From positions 196,726,001 to 196,790,000 of the forward strand of contig OX597814.1 in the NCBI GenBank assembly GCA_951406725.2: a DNA stretch of 64,000 nucleotides. Reading direction: 5' to 3'. Within the stretch, counting starts at the first letter, position 1. The number at the start of each line of letters is the position of its first letter. Positions 15,657 through 28,993 of this stretch are shown here, piece by piece. The notes under the pieces were generated by a model. It worked only from the letters and a program-made list of their open reading frames with translations. It was not told the origin of the DNA and did no database searches. This DNA is from Octopus vulgaris. Its lineage: Eukaryota. The position numbers and the translations under genes are program-made.

Positions 15657-16130
15657 GCATATGTGTATATAGAGATGTAGATATATAATAACTGTGCTGA
15701 TATGTAACCAAACCCAATGTATTTAAAGTGAGTAAAAGGCACTAAGTATGTTCGAATTACTGATATAACTGTTATTTAGTTATTTAGTATATTTTTGGTA
15801 TTACAACATCTAAAGAATATAGAGTCAAATGCGCTGTTGAGATATACGACTTTTGGTCATTTGCAATTTTGAAATAATATCAATGTTGTTATTCACCAAC
15901 ATTTTCAGGCAGTAAGTTTTAATGGCCTAAAATATTTCGGGTGTATGTAAAATATTTATATCTATCTTTTGTCCTCTAGCTTTTAGTTCATAAATTTATT
16001 TATTGCTGCGTTGGAGTATACATATAGCGCACTCCAGATCCTTTAAACGAATTTTATTTCGTGAACTACCAGTTGGCTCTCTGACACGTGGGAGATCAGA
16101 GAAGAGAAACGCTAAACACTTTACCACTTT

Positions 16131-16375
16131 TGCTCTTTTACTTGTTGCAGTCGTGTGACTGTGGCCATGATGGAGCATCGCCTTTAGTCGAGCAAATCCA
16201 CCCTAGGACTTATTCTTTGTAAGCCTAGTACTTATTCTATCGGTCTCTTTGCCGAACCGCTAAGTTAGGGGACGTAAACACACCAGCATCGGTTGTCAAG
16301 CGATGTTGGCGGTACAAATACAAACACACAAACACAAACACACACACACATACACACACACATGCACATATATAC

Positions 16376-16421
<46 letters not shown>

Positions 16422-16573
16422 GGCGGGCTTCTTTCAATTTCCGTCTACTAAATCCACTCACAAAACTTTGGTCGTCCCGAGGCTATAGTAGAAAAAACTT
16501 ACCCAAGGTGCTACGCAGTGGGACTGAACCCGGAACCATGTGGTTGGCAAGCAAGCTACTCACCATACAGCCT
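16131..16573 (-). mobile_element. SINE family A
   Basis: Reverse-complement match to 8535-8957. Confidence 0.85.
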
Positions 16574-16920
16574 GTGAAAGTGAAACTCATCGCAGTCGAC
16601 TTGGGGACGTTTCGCTCAAGATCGCACACTGTGGTTTGGTGCTATATGCTCAGGAGTAGAGCAGTCAGAATCAGTTAAAATCAGAGAAGATAAATAAATG
16701 AATGATATTTGGAAAGAAAGTGGTGTGCCAGGACACGAATTTTTTTCCCCCACGTGAGTTCCGGATACCAGTTATGAACTCATTTTCATACAGCCAATCA
16801 GAGCTCAACTATTAAAAACTAATTTATGAATGCATAACAAGTGATGGGTGATAACATAAGGTCACTTGTGTAAGGAATGACCAATCTTCTTTTCTCATTT
16901 AATAATGCTTCTTGATCAAA

Positions 16921-17488
16921 GCGGCGAGCTGCAGAATCGTTATCACGTCAGGCGAAATACTTAGCGATATTTCATCTGCCGTTACGTTCTGAGTTCAAAT
17001 TCCGCCGAGGTCGACTTTGCCTTTCATCCTTTCGGGGTCGATTAAATAAGTACCAGTTATGCACTGGGGTCAATGTAATTGACTTAATCCATTTGTTTGT
17101 CCATGTTTGTCCTTTCTATGTTTAGCCCCTTGTGGATAGTAAAGAAATAGGTATTTCGTCTGCCGCTACGTTCTGAGTTCAAATTCCGCCGAGGTCGACT
17201 TTGCCTTTCATCCTTTCTGGATCGATTAAATTATGCACTGGGGTCAATGTAATCGACTTAATCCATCTGTTTGTCTATGTTTGTCATTTCTGTGTTTAGT
17301 CCCTTGTGGATAGTAAAGAAATAGGTATTTCGTCTGCCGCTACGTTCTGAGTTCAAATTCCGCCGAGGTCGACTTTGCCTTTCATCTTTTCGGGGCCGAT
17401 AATTTAAATACCAGTTGGATACTGGGGTCGATCTAATCGACTGGCCCCCTCCACAAAAATTTCGGACCCTGTACCTAGAGTAGAAAAG
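16921..17488 (+). mobile_element. SINE family B trimer with 16-bp target-site duplication
   Basis: One head plus three ~180-bp units (GAGTTCAAATTCCGCCGAGGTCGACTTTGCCTTTCATC); AATA(A/G)TGCTTCTTGAT at 16901-16916 and 17489-17504. Confidence 0.9.
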
Positions 17489-18159
17489 AATAGTGCTTCT
17501 TGATTATGTTCTTGTTTCAACTATGGTTGCCTCTGCGTAGTTATTTCTGTTATTTCTGTTATGTAAAACAGTAAGGAGAGAGGGTTGCTAGAACATTACC
17601 CTCTACCCACATTTTCTCCATCCACATCTTTACCATATGAGGCCTTAAAAAAATCCGATAATAGGTACAGATGCAGATCTTTCTAATCACATGTCTCCTT
17701 CTAAAATCAGTCATAACTTGGCGATCGGTCGACTTACAACACCGCTCTTCGTCTTGAGTATACTTGGAAGAGTGTGTTTATTTACTTGACTACAAGGTCA
17801 AGGTAAGCTCTGATGGGCCATATGCAAATGAGTTCATTACTGGGGTCAAGAACTCCCGTGGGAAAACAAATTTCGCCGCCGGGACCAGGCGCTACTTTAA
17901 CGTTCCCTCATTACAACTGAAGATTTTATCCCAGTATTATTCAAATAATCCTCCAGTGGATTCTCAAATTTCAAAGATGCTAATTTGGTCATCTTCAGAG
18001 ACACGAAGGAAGACGATCATCATCCATACAAACATATTCAAATAATATATATATATATCGCCAGCCTGCATAATCTTGTATTTTTCCACGAGAAATCGTT
18101 ATATATAGTTAAGTGTAACGGTTTTCTTTATTTTTCTTTTTTCTTTATTCTCTTTTTTC

Positions 18160-18540
18160 TTCTCTTTTACTCTCTTACTTGTTTCAGTCATTTGACAAGG
18201 CCATGCTGGAGCACCGCCTTTAGTCGACCAAATCGACCCCAGGACTTATTCTTTGTAAGCCTAGTACTTACTCTATCGGTCTCTTTCGCCGAACTGCTAA
18301 GTAACGGGAACGTAAATACACCAGCATTGGTTGTCAAGCGATGTTGGGGGGACAAACACAGAGACACAAACATTTACACACACATACATACATATATACA
18401 TATATATGACGGGCTTCTTTCAGTTTCCGTCTACCAACTCCACTCACAAGGCACGAGGCTATAGTAGAAGACACTTGCCCAGGGTGCCACGCAGTGGGAA
18501 TGGACCCAGAATCATGTGGTTTGTAAGCAAGCTACTTACT
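18160..18540 (-). mobile_element. SINE family A
   Basis: Match to other copies. Confidence 0.85.
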
Positions 18541-18695
18541 CCTGTTGTACCTGCATTTGAAAGAACCAGCCTTGTCACACTCTGTGTCAAGCTGAATTAC
18601 GTTAAGGGTACACATGTCTGTGGAGTGCTCAGCCACTTGCACGTCAATTTCACGAGCAGGCTGTTCCGTTGAATGGATCAACCCTCGACGTCGTA
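18541..18695 (+). mobile_element. SINE family C, 3' fragment
   Basis: GTTAAGGGTACAC...GTGGAGTGCTCAGCCACTTGCACG shared with 33212 and 57265 copies. Confidence 0.8.
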
Positions 18696-18698
18696 ATA

Positions 18699-18749
<51 letters not shown>

Positions 18750-18780
18750 GTGCTTACAGTTATCAAGTATCCACCCTGAA

Positions 18781-18828
<48 letters not shown>

Positions 18829-18877
18829 CATATACATATATATACATATATATACATATACATTTATACATATACAT

Positions 18878-18934
<57 letters not shown>

Positions 18935-19011
18935 CATATACATATATATACATATACATTTATACATATACATATACATACACATATATATATATATATA
19001 TGTGTATATAC

Positions 19012-19058
<47 letters not shown>

Positions 19059-19141
19059 CATATATATATATATATATATACATATACATTTATACATATA
19101 CATACACATATATATATATATATATATATGTGTGTATATAC

Positions 19142-19185
<44 letters not shown>

Positions 19186-20841
19186 GTATGTATATATATA
19201 TATATACGTTGGTGTCCCTGTGTTGTTTAGTACATGTGTTTTTCAGTTCTTTCTTCAGCTCTGTCGTTTGTTTTTTCGTTGATTTTACGTGATATTTTTG
19301 TGTGGTTTTTCCATTTCTTGCTATATAGGTGCTTTTTATTAAATTTCTTTATGGTTTGTTAGAGCGTTGGAGATGGGGTTTTCTGTTTGTTTACTTATAT
19401 ATATATGTATTTATTTGTATATTCATCTATTTTTTTTCATTTCACTTGTGTGTGTATATATGTACGTAGGTTTATTTTTAAAATAGGCTTATTTGAAAAG
19501 GGAATTAAAGCTGCTGTCCGTTAGTTAAATTTCTAGCAGTTTTTTCACACACACACTTACACATACGCATTTATGTACACGCACACACACACACTCACAC
19601 ATGCACACACATAAGCACGCGCACTGTAAATTTTAATGATGAACACCGCTGGGAAATCATAACAATTAAATTATACAATTGTGTGTTTAATTAAAATGTA
19701 ATTTATATTGACGAAGATAACATCTATATTTCCCTTCTGTCAATCTATCCATCTATTTTCATATTCATATATGTTTGTATATATATATATATATCTATAT
19801 ATGTGTGTGTGTACTAACTACATATCAAATTAAACATATTCACTCAGACAGAAACGAAAGAATGATTAGACGACGATCTTTTCTTGTAATGCCAAAGTTC
19901 ATTTAACTTAAACGAAAATAAAAAATAAAGATCGGGTTTATGTTTAGTGATTAAGAAATTGTTTCCTTCAGTCATTAAGGCATTTGTTCGTTTAAATGAA
20001 GCAATTAATTTTTTTAATCATCTGCTGTAATGAATAAGCTGACTCGTTTCTACCGTTCTCATTTGTCTTGTACACTGGTCTTGCGCATACGAAGTCAGCA
20101 TTGTTTTTACACCATGAAACCAAGGTGGATCTCTATCTCTCTCAATCTCTCTCTTTGTTTGTCTCTCTCTATCTATTTATCACTCTCTGTTTATCTCTCT
20201 CTATCTCTATCTCACTCTTTCCCCCTTTCTCTTTCTCCCACCTTTAATTAACAAAGCACGTGTTTTGTGTTTTCTCACCAATAAAACGGGAGAAATGAGT
20301 TCAGTCTTTTCTTTATTGATCTAACGACTAATGCGGTCTCTATTGTGTTTGTTTTGGCATTTTAGTTGCAGTAATTGATGCACAAACTCTGCTTTCTACA
20401 AGTTCAATAAAAATAACCAATATTCTCGTGGGTTTAAATCATTAAATGTTGGGAAACCAATCAAGTTCTTACTTCATTTGTTTGTGGAAGATTGATTCTG
20501 TCTCCTTGTAAAATTTTTCTTCGCTATCCTCACTTTAGACATCATCTATCACTTAGCTTTTATTTGCTTCAGCCCTGAGAATAGGACCAGGCTCTGGCGC
20601 ACCCTTCCAGGGATAGTCGAACAAATGTACAGTAAGTTTTTTTTACGTCTACCAGGGAGTGATGGAGATCAAACACAAGCACAAAGAAGCACACGTATGG
20701 ATACATGTATAGATACATACTCATATATATATATATATTTTTTCATTGAAACGTCTTCACTGTTCTCGTTCTGTTAATGTTTTGGCGTTCAGACGAGTGT
20801 ACTGGCATAGATGTTGCAACATTTGAAATTTTGTCTAGGTA

Positions 20842-20914
20842 AATGCAGCTGATGAAGACTAATCAAATCTACCTTGTCAAACGAATTTGAAGAGTCAGAA
20901 ACCGGTTCTGCATT
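20842..20914 (+). ncRNA. Type-I hammerhead ribozyme motif
   Basis: AATGCAG-CTGATGA-aGACT...AGTCa-GAAA-CCGG-TT-CTGCATT: 7-bp stem I, palindromic ACCGGT stem III, A.A mismatch at base of stem II. Confidence 0.75.
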
Positions 20915-21095
20915 ATCCGATTCTAGGTTTTCCATTTATCAGATGTTTTCCTAGAGGTAAGACAAATTTTTTTCATGTTTATTGCACACACGCGTCTTTG
21001 CTAGTATATACGCAGTGAAGCTATACAATGGCGTCATATTTATTACGATTGTTATTTTCCAGTAAATATCGGTGCCTCGTTGTACCATTTATTTA

Positions 21096-21185
<90 letters not shown>

Positions 21186-21578
21186 TAAATTGCAAATTAA
21201 ACCCCTGGTTGTTGCAAAAGTTTACAACGTCCATGTCAGCACAATCTGTCGCCTGTAACAGCGATACAACAACACCAACAGCACTGCAGACTGCACCCGC
21301 AGATGGCGTCCCCGTGTGACCACATGCAGACAGGACTGTTTCATCCACCTGCAACACCTCCGTGATCGCTAGCGTTACAGCTCGCTAGCGTTACAGCTTG
21401 CGAGATCATTTGCTCTGAACAGCGACCCATCACCAACGACGGTACCACGTCGACTGACTGCCAACAGCCTGCGTTGCTGTCGTACTGCTCCATGGCCTGT
21501 CCTCAGCATCCGCCACCGTCAGGCCCGACTACAGTTGGCTACATTATCTGGAATATTACACCGCCTAACTTTGTCCTA

Positions 21579-21870
21579 TGGAGGCGCAATAGCCCAGTGG
21601 TTAGGGCATCGGACTCGCGCTTTCGATTTCCAGACCGGGCGTTGTGTGTGTTTAGTGAGCGAAGACACCTAAAAGCACCACGAGGCCCCGGCAAGGTGAG
21701 TTGACCCCTGTTATACTCTATCGCCACAACTTTCTCTCCCTTTTTCTTCCTGAGCAACGCTGCGATGGACTGACGTCCCGTCCAGCTGGGAGGAACACAT
21801 AGGACATAGAAACCGGGAAACCAGGTCCTGATCCTGGCTAGGCTTGAAAAGGCCGCATAAATAAAAACAT
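21579..21870 (+). mobile_element. SINE with family C head and alternative body
   Basis: GGAGGCGCAATAGCCCAGTGGTTAGGGC head; body GCGATGGACTGACGTCCCGTCCAG...GAAACCGGGAAACC. Confidence 0.75.
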
Positions 21871-22965
21871 AAGTTTGTCCTAGACAGAGAGCAGCTGGTC
21901 CTCATTTTCAGTCTACACTCACAGCAATTATCATCATGTGGATAGGAAGAACATGTAGCGGAGAACATCGTTAGATTTGCTAACTCAGTTGAGTCATCTT
22001 AATCTTCGTCCCAGCACCGACCTCAGTCTCAAAGTTGCCAGTAATCTACCTGAAATCATCACAACCATCTCTTGAGCCAATGATATACTGTGTGGTCTTG
22101 AAATCCGATGGCTTATTCTGCTTCTTGAAATGCAAGAAATACATGTATGTTTTGAGCATCAGCATCAAATTGGCTACATTAAAAGTTTTGGTGTAGATTC
22201 AATGATGAAGGCATTTATGCAAGTCGTGGAGTATCTCGGAAACCCGACTACTCACTTCACGCAAATATAGCAGAACATAATCTGTGTAATAAAGGTAGAA
22301 CCGGGCGAAATGTTTAATCGAGGCAATTTCTTTTGGCACCAATAATCCTATCTGCTGGTACAGCTTCACTGTAAATTTATAGCTGGATTATATCAATAAC
22401 GTATCCTCCATGAAATCAAGGCATGCTATGAATACATAAAATATAAAAATGTATGCAAATACAAATCCGATTTCAGCCTTAATCTTTCGTTTCATGGGAG
22501 ACACCTTGAAAGAGATACATATATTAAATTTTATTTAAAATGCACGCTCAGTTTTAAGTACCCGGAATCGAAAATCAATTATATTCGAGATACGTGTTTT
22601 CCTTTCTGGAGTAAGAATTATTGTGGGTTTGGTGTTTTCTAGGAACTTATTTTGCAGATTGTATGATGACAAAGTGTTTGACAATGACAAGTGATCGGGT
22701 AGTGAGAGGAAGTCGCTTCAGTTTTCGTTCACGTTACATTGACGTCAGCTCTACCAGTGATACGACATTCAGTTTTTGGAAACAGCTGAAAAGAATCTGC
22801 CAGTGTTCTACTGAAATCATACGGCCAGTGCTGTATTCTCTCTGCAATCCGAAATATCAGTGCTTCGGGATATTTCTACCATAGTCTACTTGCTTCTGTC
22901 GTGGTGAGTTGTTACTGTTGCATTTCATTTTGTTGCAGAGACAAGGCGAGCAATTCTTCGAGATC

Positions 22966-23336
22966 TGTTTCTTTATTACCCACAAGGGGCTAAACAAGGA
23001 CAGACAAACGGATTAAGTCGATTACATCGACCCCAGTGCGTAACTGGTACTTAATTTATCGACCCCGAAAAGATGAAATGCAAAGTCGAACTCGGCGGAA
23101 TTTGAACTCAGAACGTAACGGCAGACGAAATACCTATTTCTTTACTACCCACAAGGGGCTAAACACAGAAGGGACAAACAAGGACAGACAAACGGATTAA
23201 GTCGATTATATCGACCCCAGTGCGTAATTGGTACTTAATTTATCGATACCGAAAGGATGAAATGCAAAGTCTACCTCGACGGAATTTGAACTCAGAACGT
23301 AACGGCTGACGAAATACGGCTACGCATTTCGCACGG
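22966..23336 (-). mobile_element. SINE family B dimer
   Basis: Two tandem units sharing TCGACCCCAGTGCGTAA.TGGTACTTAATTTATCG. Confidence 0.85.
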
Positions 23337-24589
23337 CAGTTTATCAGGTTTCTTGAAGTTGAAAAATTATCGCCAGCTTCACTTAGACCAGGAAGATCAA
23401 TATTATCGATGATTTTAAGAAACTTTCGTTAGTCTTCTTTCCACCTACTTCTGCTCTCTATGTTAGGCGTATTTCTCATTACAACGACAATTCTCTGAGT
23501 TTGTTTGCATTTTTGCTCCACATAACAGTAATACTGTTTCACCTGGGGACATTTTGTTTTTACAGTTCTCTGTTCTTTTACGCTGACCCATCTCATTATA
23601 TTTCAGTATTTAAGAAATGGTATTATCTTCCACCACTGAAAATATCAAGAATTAAAATCTAATAATAATATGGAATCTCGTTACAAAAGTATTCATTATA
23701 GAAATATTCTTATGGGAATGTACACAATTTGCATTTAAATTCAATACTTGGAAACTGATAGAGTACATTTACAACTAGATAAAAAAATGGGATCAACCAG
23801 TTCCAGACTAAATGTTTTGTTTAGCAATATATATAGGATATCGTAGAGAACAATTCCACGGGAGCTCATTTTCGTAGTATTTTAAGGACCATTTACACTG
23901 AGTAGAGAGTGATTTATATGAATCAATACAACTTCCTTTATAAGTTACTTTTAACAGATAAAATAAAGAAATTGTTATAAATCAGTCAAATTTCATTTAC
24001 AGTTACTTTATATTTCAGGTTTGCGCCCAAATCGTCTCAAGATTTTGTCAGTTGGAAAAATTATACAATGAAATTAAATCGATTTTCACGTAAAGTTATT
24101 CTCTAAATTTCAATTTTTCAAACTCACTATTAAAAAGACTCATTGTAATATTTGTGCATGTGTGTGTGTGTGTGGGGGGGGGGGGGTTAAAACTACTACC
24201 TCAGTTTATATTTTAAATCTATATTTAACATTATTATAAGAGACTACATGTAGCTATTTCGTTTTTCCTTAGGACTGTTTCACTTTTTAGAATGTCCCTT
24301 CAATTTGTCAGTCATAGAAATGTTATGAATTTGTATGTGAACATTCAAGCAGTCAACAAATCTCAGTCACGGGCTCAAGAATTTTTCGTCACGTGATCGA
24401 ATACGTCATCTGTTAAACATTTTCATCTGTTAAACATTCTGTTAAACATTTTCGAGAATATGCAAATAAAAGTTATTTACGAAATAAATAATTCTCAGTC
24501 ACGAGTCACGTGGTCAAATACTTCATCAATTATTCTGTTAAGCATTTTCGAGAATACGTAAATGAAAGTTACTTAATAAATAAACAAAT

Positions 24590-24900
24590 ATTGGTTTCAA
24601 ATTTTGACCCAAGCTATTTCGAGGGAGTGGGGTAAGTCGGGTACATCGGCCCCAGTACTTATCTGAACAAAATAATTTGATATTAAATTAATATTTGATA
24701 TTAAATTAAAAAATATTTTTGTTGTTTTTGTAAAATCTCAGAAAATAATTAAAAATTCACATTTTTATCAAATTATTTTGTTCTCGAACCCGGATAGATA
24801 AAAGGTAAATTCCGACTGCGGCGGAATTTGTACTCAGAGTGCAAAGATGGACGAACTGCCGCTAAGCATTTTGCTCGGCGTTCTAACGATTCCGAGAGCT
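24590..24900 (-). mobile_element. SINE family B, diverged and interrupted
   Basis: GGCGGAATTTGTACTCAGAG...GCTAAGCATTTTGCTCGGCG head; tail near 24600. Confidence 0.6.
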
Positions 24901-25278
24901 CACTTCATTAATAAATCAATGAATAAATAAATAAATGAATAAATAAATAAATAAATAAATGTTGAAATAGCTTTAACTTAGATCAAGTCACTTAAGTGAC
25001 CCACACCACCCGTATTTTTTATTAAACATTCATAAGAAACACGGAAACAAATATACTTCAAATATATTGAAATTACGATGTAACATTTGTCAGAAATATC
25101 AATATGTGTGTGTGTGTGTGTGTGCGTGTGCATACATACGTACATACACACACATACATATATATATATACATACACATATATATATATACATACACACA
25201 CACATATATGTATGTACGTAAGTACGTATGTATGTATGCATGTAAGTATGTATGTATATATGTATGTATGTATGTATG

Positions 25279-25331
<53 letters not shown>

Positions 25332-26264
25332 GTATGTATGTATATATATGTATGTATGTATGTATGTGTGTATGTATGTATGTATGTATGTATGTATGTA
25401 TGTATGTATGTATAGAGTAAAATAACTTTGATCGAAAGTTATTGAAATATGAAAGGGAAACGAAAACATTAATGAAATAACTTTTAAACATTTAGAAGCA
25501 AAATCGAAATTAATAAATAGTGAAATAACTTTATGAAAGGCAAAAGGAAAAAAATACATATATGTCATACTTTTAAAACGTTGAGCATTATAAAATAGTC
25601 TTTCCGAAAAACATTAATAATAACTATTGAGAATTATTATAAAATAGTGAAATGTCGTAATACTTTGATTTGCTCTTCGAAATTTTATAATTACTGTTAA
25701 GCAAAAGTAGAAATTATAATTGATATATATATATATAAAATGCGTACATAACAAAAAAAAGGCAGTTGAAATTAAAATGGCAGCCGGAAGTGTCAAAGTG
25801 AGTTAGACATGGAGTCAAAAAGGAGAGGGGTATAAACGCGGTGAATGACAGCTGTAAAGAGTTTGATGTAGACTAGTGCCTAAGAAAATGTTTCTTTTTT
25901 GTGAAGTATAAAATATATTGAAATTCAAATGTTTGATATTTTACGATTGTTATAGATTGATTAAAGCATTTGTTTAAATTTGTGTTACATTAAACTTATG
26001 GCTTTGCACTCATAATAATGATATACGTGTTGCCTGCACACACGAGCCCCTCCCTCCGCATATAAGTATAGTATATGTATGTATATATATTATATATATA
26101 TACATGTATATATGTATATAAACACACACATATATATGCGTGTATATATACATTATATACATATATTTATATATATATATATATGTATATATATTATATA
26201 TATTATATATATATATATAATATATACATGTATATATATATTTGTATATATATATGTATTTATA

Positions 26265-26320
<56 letters not shown>

Positions 26321-27324
26321 GGGGTGTATACATTGTAAAAACAGCCAAAGATAGAAATAGGTAATGAGAATGGAATAGTATTTGAGGCATCGAGGCTACG
26401 CTCTTCTACAGAAAGCAATGAGGATAGAAAACATGGAAAGAGTTTTAAAAAAAGGACATGATAAACGTGCCTGGATTTACAGTTGCACTTGTTATATACA
26501 TGCATACATACATACACACATACATACATACATACATACACACATACATACATACATACATACATACATACATACATACATACACACATACATACATACA
26601 TACATACATACATACATACATGCATACATATACATATATATATATCTGTATGTATAGAGAGAGAGATAGAGATTTGGTGTACTGTTTCCTGAATGTAAGA
26701 TAAAAAAGAGTACTCTCTCTATATATAGTGTACTGTTCTCTGAAGGTAAGATAAAAAGTAATCCATTTGTTGAGAGATAAATATTATTTCATAAACACAA
26801 TGTATATTTTTATGAGCTATAATTTTCTGTTATATTTTTCGTTTTCCGGTTTTTCATCCCTCCCCATTTTATATGTACCTCCTTCTCGCCTTTTCTTGTT
26901 TTTAATCTCATCACATGGTTCTGCTTTAAGCTTGTTATGCCATGTGAGCATTGCCTAAGGATTGCCTGAAGGCACCAGGCGTGTCAAAAATTCCGTCTGA
27001 ACTTCTTTTATTGCCTGAAACTAATAGTAGCTCATAAAAAAATATATATAGTTTATATTAGATTATATGTATGTATGTATTTATGTGTCTCTCCTAATTT
27101 TCAGTTATTATGAATCTTACACTGAGGAGGTGCTCGGTTTCCAATAAAGATACAAGGCTCCAACTTTGCGATGTAGTTAATACAGGCAAATTCACAATTG
27201 GAACTTGAGAAAATCTTGCATATTTTAACTGTTCCACTCACAGGTTGCACTTGCAATGTACGGATTAGCCAGTCGATTTTCTCTGTTTGAAAATTCCATT
27301 TTATCCAGATTCTCATTTAAGCAT

Positions 27325-27760
27325 TTACTAACAAAACCTAGTGCTCCAATTATTATTGGCATGAATATGAATTAGTTGTCTGGATATAGAAGCTGGAGGT
27401 TTCGAAGTAGCTGTCCATAGATGTCCCCTTTTTCTTTGATTTTCAAAGATATATTTATATCTGTAGGGCAGCTGACCTCTATGATGGTACATATATTTGT
27501 CCCTCTGTCCCAAACAACAATATCCTGCCTGTTATGTTTACATATGACAGAAGTTTTAATGAGAATATTCCACCGGTATTCCTTGAGTTGGTGTTTATGA
27601 ATGTATTCCATAGCAGAAGGATTTTTAAGGTTTATTTCAGGACATTCTTTCTTGCGGATGGCATTGTAAATTGTTTTGGCAACAACATCGTGCCCCATAG
27701 GGAGATAGTACCGTGACGAGATTTTAGGACAGCTGCTAATCACATACGTGACATCATCCA
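27325..27760 (-). pseudogene. Non-LTR retrotransposon C-terminus, restriction-like endonuclease (R4/Dong-like)
   Basis: VISSCP..RYY..HDVVAK...HNRQDIVVWD...IIEVSCP.D...EK..Y, followed by PIIIGALG. Confidence 0.85.
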
Positions 27761-27797
27761 GTATGTATGTATGTATATATGTATGTATGCATGTGTG

Positions 27798-27831
<34 letters not shown>

Positions 27832-28447
27832 TGTATGTATGTATGTATGTATGTATGTATGTATGTATGTATGTATGTATGTATAAGAGCATACATAATA
27901 GAGCATTACTGTAGCAAGAAATGATATGTTTCATTCAGCTTTGCGACTTGGAAGTCAACGATAGATGTTGCACTTTCAAGTGGTTCAGTTCTGTCATAGA
28001 TTGTGAACAACATCTTCATATTATTTACAAAGGTTACTCAGATTTCAAAATTATTCATTATTTATAATTCCAAATATTACAAAATGACAGCAGCCACTTT
28101 TCATGACGACAATAACAATTGTCTTGAGTAACCGAAATTTCATAAAAGCCAGGTGAAGCAAAGAAAAAAAAAACGAAAAAGAAAAACTCATATATTCTGA
28201 AATATGTTTGCGCTTGTATGTGTCTGCATAAATATATGAGACCAGAAATTCAGTCTCCGGGAACGTATACGAGAAAAATAAAAAAAAATGAATAGAAATT
28301 GAAGGACTATACAATATTCCATAGTATGATGTAAGACAAAAAGGACCCAACATGAGCCAAATTCTACAAAAGGGCACCATTCCAAAATATAAAAGACATC
28401 CCAAATCAATGAAAAAATACTAACCCAGACCAAACTATATATATATA

Positions 28448-28657
28448 CGAGCGCGTGCTGAAAAGAACCTGGCTTTGGGTGAGAGAAACTACAAGAGGAT
28501 CGGTTTATTATGATTTTATTCAGCATATGTTCCTCTCGGATTCACATTTATTGCAGTAGCCCTTTAGTAAACACGGCCTTATGAATTCGAAATGTTCGGC
28601 GACCAGCCAGGCTTTTTGCTATGCCCTTCAAGCCAGGTACTTTTCAGTGTCCCCACG
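28448..28657. mobile_element. Mariner-type MITE
   Basis: TA|CGAGCGCGTGCTGAAAAGAACCTGGCTT ... AAGCCAGGTACTTTTCAGTGTCCCCACG imperfect ~28-bp TIRs. Confidence 0.7.
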
Positions 28658-28665
28658 TGTGTCAC

Positions 28666-28993
28666 TTAGGGCAAGTCATTTCTACTATAACCTCGGGCAG
28701 ACTAAAACTTTCTGAATGGATTTGGTAGGCAGGAACTGAAAGAAGTCCATCCTATATATATATATGTGTGTGTGTGCATCTTTGGGTCTGTGTTTGTTCC
28801 AACACATCACCACTTGGCAACTAGTTTTGAGGTGTTTACATCCCCGTAACTTAGCGGTTCGGCAAAAGAAACGACAGAATGAGTACTCGGCTAGAAAAAA
28901 TAAGTCCTGTGATTGATTCGCTCGACTAAAACCCTTGAAGGTAGGTAGTGCTCCAACATGGCCGCAGGCAAATAACTGAAACAAGCACAAGAT
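28666..28993 (+). mobile_element. SINE family A, diverged, 5'-truncated
   Basis: Match to family A body and tail. Confidence 0.75.

Noticed and set aside
16921-17488. Regularly spaced repeats suggestive of a CRISPR array
   Set aside because: Whole units are homologous SINE sequence, with no unique spacers and no cas genes; eukaryotic context.
21880-22330. Possible degenerate transposon coding sequence
   Set aside because: No motif could be recognised with confidence.
26800-27050. Weak inverted repeat with GAAA-CTAATAG-TA-GCTC
   Set aside because: The 3' half fits but the 5' core is not adjacent to stem I; too degenerate to call.
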